From positions 21,440,767-21,504,766 of the forward strand of contig OZ037766.1 of assembly GCA_964035545.1 (NCBI GenBank): a DNA stretch of 64,000 nucleotides, read 5' to 3'. The DNA comes from Bugula neritina (Eukaryota; Animalia; Bryozoa). A model generated the notes under the pieces. The model did not search any database. It worked only from the letters and a program-made list of their open reading frames with translations, and had not been told where the DNA came from. The number at the start of each line of letters is the position of its first letter. Position 1 is the first letter of the stretch. The position numbers and the translations under genes were made by a program. Positions 59,706 through 64,000 of this stretch are shown one piece after another.

Positions 59706-60204
59706 TATAGCTTCAACTTTGGAATCTTGGTCTAACATTTCAGTTGGTTTACTTTAGGCAAGTAGTCCAAGACAAGTTAATTTATTTACAGAAAGCCTGC
59801 CAAAACTCAATGCCCATTTCTCCTGCCAGAAACATCGAATCCATGTGGTAGCCAGTGTCTAATTCGATACGGACAAACATTGAAAGACCTACTACTGTGT
59901 AAAGAGATTAAGTGAACGTGTGCATACAGAGATACATATCCACCAAAATACTATATTATACTATATTAGCATTTCAGTTAACAATAAAAACATTTCAATA
60001 TTCATTAAATAGCATAGCTGGCAGTACATATTCTTCTACTCATTTCTATGCTTCACTTACACTATAATATAGTTTTAGAGTTACAAGCTGCAACTAATGG
60101 TACTAATACTAGTGAGCAATACGAAATAATACTACCACTAGTAGCACTACTACTACATCTGCGGATACCATTAGATGTAGTAGTAGCAGTAGCAGTACTA
60201 CTAC

Positions 60205-60348
60205 TAGTAGTAAAGGAATTTTAATAGCCTAAGTTCTTCATTTTTTAAGATTCTGTTTTCGGATATGGGTTGTAATTCTCGTGGGAACACAACTTCTTTA
60301 GCCAACTTTTAAACTAGAGCACAGGCTTTTCTAATTTCTCCATTACTG
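60205..60348 (-). mobile_element. MITE family A copy
   Basis: tagcctaagttctt ... acaggcttttctaatttctccattactg, shared with 4912-5042. Confidence 0.65.
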
Positions 60349-60654
60349 CACCTATATCCAATTCTAATGTCCTACTAGTAGTAGCCATTCTGAGTAGAAC
60401 TCTAAGTCTAACTCTAAGAACTAAGCCTAAGGCTAAAATAAAAGTTAAGGTCTAAGACTAACAGTATGTCTAATACTGAGTCTCTAGTACTGTTGTGCTA
60501 CTGCTAGTACTAGCAGTATAACTATAACATTAACATTAGTATGGGTTACTATAAGTAAACACACTAAGCAAAGCACTAGCAGTAGCTGTGCCACTGCCTG
60601 TAGAGTAAACATTATGATTATCATTATGATCATCAACTGTTTCCTTGTGGATTA

Positions 60655-61112
60655 CTGTCGTTTCGTACACAACTCACAAGTCGTTTCGCACACCAGTCTT
60701 TTTGTATACAAAATGGTTGTTCATACACAAACCTCTATCCATTTCGTACGCGAAATAAATAGTAAATTAATACACTGGATAACTACTTGAATGTTACTAG
60801 TTTACTTCTTTATTGCATCCCAGTTCTTCCAGCATGCGTTTGAAACAAAACATATTTATTAACTACGTGCTGCCATCTAGTTCTACTGATAGCAATATCT
60901 AAACCAAAAGAGCAGTTTCCGCTAACATTTGCGTATCAGAATAAAAAATAAATGTGCGGCAAAATGAAATGTGAGTAGTACTGTATGACTCACACATCAA
61001 ATGAAAAATAAATTTGAAAAAATATGTATTTACTTAATTTATATTGATGTGTACAAAATGACATATCAGGTGTGGAAAAGTGAGTACTAAACGACTTGTG
61101 CACAAAATAACC
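60655..61112. mobile_element. Probable MITE with repeated subterminal CGTTTCGYACAC motifs
   Basis: Left cacaagtcgtttcgcacacc versus right aaacgacttgtg (inverted cacaagtcgttt); several tttcgtacac-like motifs near the left end. Confidence 0.45.
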
Positions 61113-61928
61113 TGCACTCGCCCTTGTATTACTACAAGTACAGTACAGTAACAGTAGCACTGCTATTACTATTAGTATTACTATTACTACTAGTAATGAG
61201 CATTAGTACCTGGGGCTGGTCTTGTACTAGTAGCAATAGTAGTACTGCGTAGTACTAGTACTACTCTACTAGTACTATGTACTACCACTCATTACTTTAC
61301 TAGTAGCCTAGTGTTAGTAATACTACTATTAGTATTTCTATTACTAATAATAATAATAGTAATATTATTATTACTAGTAGTACTAGTAGTATTACTATTA
61401 GCATTACTCTGTATAAAAACCAACAGCAAAAATAAAAACTCAAAAAGTAAAAGTACAACATTATTTAAAAGTGAATATTTCAATTTAAATATTTTAATTT
61501 TTATTTGTATTTCAACTTGTAGTCTAAGTCTTACTCTTACTCTTAATGATAATCTTAAATTACTAACTCTAACTTTAAAAATAAATAATAATATAATTAT
61601 ATAAACTAAAAATTTATCTTCATTACCATAGTCATGTCATTAATACAATGATAATATCTAAATAAATAATCATAATAGTAATGAGTATGATAATGATATT
61701 CTGACACTTTATAATATTCATAACCATATTGATATTTATATACTTATAGATAATCATAATCGTATTGATTATTATTATTATTATGGTTATGTATGTTTAA
61801 CATAAAATTAACTATTAAATTCGAGAAAATAGTTTAAATAAAAAGAAAAAAGTTTTCATTTCATGTCATTGAAGAAATAAAAATTTAAGGGTAGCAAAAG
61901 CATGGTTACTTATTAACTTTAAGATTAT

Positions 61929-62106
61929 AAAGGAGCATGTCGCTGTGTATAAGGAAAGTGCCATCTTTAATAGGGTCGAAATAAATTTATTAACTTTGCG
62001 TCTTAGGAAAGTGGTAAGTTATCCGACTTTTATCCGAACTCTTGTATGTAGTTATATTTGCTACACGTGCAACTACGATCCCATAATAACACAGCATGCC
62101 CTTTAA
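61929..62106. mobile_element. Possible short Kolobok-like MITE
   Basis: taaaggagcatgtcgctgtgt ... acacagcatgccctttaa form a gapped inverted repeat with (T/A)TAA-type ends. Confidence 0.3.
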
Positions 62107-62651
62107 CCCTTTATTATCATTAAGACCTTGAAGTGGGCGTGGCTTAAAATTATACTCATTTAATAATCTATCAGTTATCAGTTATAATATTATCAATTGA
62201 AAATAACCAAAACGTTTTTAAGAATAAACTCTCTGAACCTTGGTCAAATCTAATATGCACAGATAGTGATGATTGCAGGAGGATCAGAAACCAAATAATT
62301 ATTTCTAATGAAAATGTAAACAAAAGTTGTCTACTCCTTAACACCACACACTGAATCTAATTGTGTCATCGCTATTAAATCTTTGCATCCTCAAAGTTCT
62401 TCTATTCCCAGTGACAATACTGTAAGATCTAGTGAAAATAACCAATATATTACAAAGTATGGCAGAGGAATTAAGAAGCCTGATAGATAGAGCTATGCTG
62501 AAGTCAGTATGCAGTTGAGATGAGTCATGTAGCTCTTGGTAAACTTCTTTTGTGTCATTTCTGCTGTTTATTTTATGTTTTATGTTATAAAATGCATGTG
62601 TTGTATTACTGTATATATACAATTTTATGCTGTAGTAATTTTAGTAAGTGC

Positions 62652-62956
62652 AAATGTGCTAAAACGTGCCTAAGTGTGCTAAAATGGGCTAAACACATGT
62701 GCTAATAGTTGCCCCAATGGGCTGAAAAGTGCCAAAATATGCTGAAAAGTGCCCAAATGTGCTAAAACTTGCCCAAATGTACGAAAATTGGCCAAATGTG
62801 CTAATAGTTGCCCTATGAGCACATTTAGTCCATTTCAGCACATTTGGGCACGTTTTAGGCATTTGGGCACTTTTCAGCACATTAGTCAAACTATTAGCAC
62901 ATTTTGCCCATTTAGCACATTTGGCCCATTTTAGCACATTTGGGCACTTTTCAGCA
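62652..62956. repeat. Foldback: two oppositely oriented arrays of a ~20-bp unit (AAATGTGCTRAAAAGTGCCC)
   Basis: The left array (to ~62812) reads aaatgtgctaaaa.../gctgaaaagtgcccaaatgt; the right array reads acatttgggcacttttcagcac (reverse complement). Confidence 0.85.
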
Positions 62957-63204
62957 ATTCAACTAATGTACATTACAAATTATCTCTTACTGTCATTAAA
63001 GATGTCATAATATTATGATAGTTGTTTATATTGTAACTATATAGATATACTGTGTTTTATATGATTATTCATTCATCCTAATAACAACATATACCTTACC
63101 TAATCCAAATCCTTCTACACCAAATGAATTTTGTAAGCTCATATTGCATGGCGTAAATTCAACTGAAATTGTGTGGCATACAGCATGCAATTATATTATT
63201 AATA

Positions 63205-63555
63205 TGTAACATACTACTATACTGATGTTATGTGACATACTACTATACTGATATTACGTGACATACTATTACACTGATGTTATGTGACATACTAATATAC
63301 TGATGTTATGTGACATACTATTACACTGATGTTATGTGACATACTACTATACTGATGTTATGTGACATACTATTATACTGATGTTATGTGACATACTATT
63401 ATACTGATGTTATGTGGCATACTATTATACTGATGTTATGTGACATACTATTATACTGATGTTATGTGACATACTATTATACTGATGTTATGTGACATAC
63501 TATTATACTGATGTTATGTGACATACTATTACACTGATGCTATGCAATATACTAT
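63205..63555. repeat. 26-bp minisatellite (TGTGACATACTATTATACTGATGTTA) x~13
   Basis: Directly visible. Confidence 0.95.
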
Positions 63556-64000
63556 TCTAAGTGCTGTGATTGACATTCATCAAGATTCTAGACATTTTGA
63601 ATCAAAACGCTTACTAAAGTTTCTAGTAAACTACATCATATAATAATATTATCTGTTGCGTATACATCTTCAGTTACAATACATGTGCATGTGTAGAATA
63701 TTGTGGAATATTGACTGCATCACTTTGCCTAAACTGTTTCTTATATAGTAGTAGTTGAATATGAGAGTGCTTTTATTCTATAATATAAAAAATACAATTG
63801 ATTAACACATAATTGCTATAATACTAAGTTACTAACATATAGGGTAAAAATTTTTGCTATGGTGTCACTCATAAACTGATCAATTAGTGAAAGTAACTGA
63901 TGCAAATTTTGATCTCCAAAATTAGCGTTTTGTGGTCATCTATGTTGTAAATGCACGTTCTTGTTTTCCTTCTTTCTCACACACACGCACGCACATACAC

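Noticed and set aside
61292-61604. Hydrophobic 97-aa ORF resembling a membrane peptide
   Set aside because: Product of a low-complexity TAC/TAG/TAA tract; no splice or family support.
62338-62622. 94-aa minus-strand ORF, possible terminal exon of a gene beyond the window
   Set aside because: No recognisable domain and no partner exons can be verified within the window.

Overview
AT-rich, intron-rich eukaryotic DNA, most likely an invertebrate animal; the taxon is not determinable from this window. There are no prokaryotic features. Exons were spliced by hand using GT-AG boundaries and reading-frame continuity, which gives five protein-coding genes. (1) A 2-exon carbohydrate sulfotransferase-family gene (+) with degenerate PAPS-binding and catalytic motifs. 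(2) A 9-exon FOXRED2/ERFAD-like flavoprotein gene (-), convergent with it, that appears to lack both a signal peptide and a KDEL-type end. (3) PSKH1 kinase (+, 2 coding exons). (4) A 16-coding-exon DDX27/Drs1 DEAD-box helicase (-, about 30 kb), tail-to-tail with PSKH1 and apparently sharing a palindromic AATAAA-TTTATT poly(A) element. (5) An unrecognised 4-coding-exon, 283-aa orphan gene nested antisense inside DDX27 coding intron 5. The rest is MITEs and other DNA-transposon relics, a tRNA-derived SINE head, decayed LINE-like pieces, and micro/minisatellites. The nested orphan gene is the most notable unexplained element.
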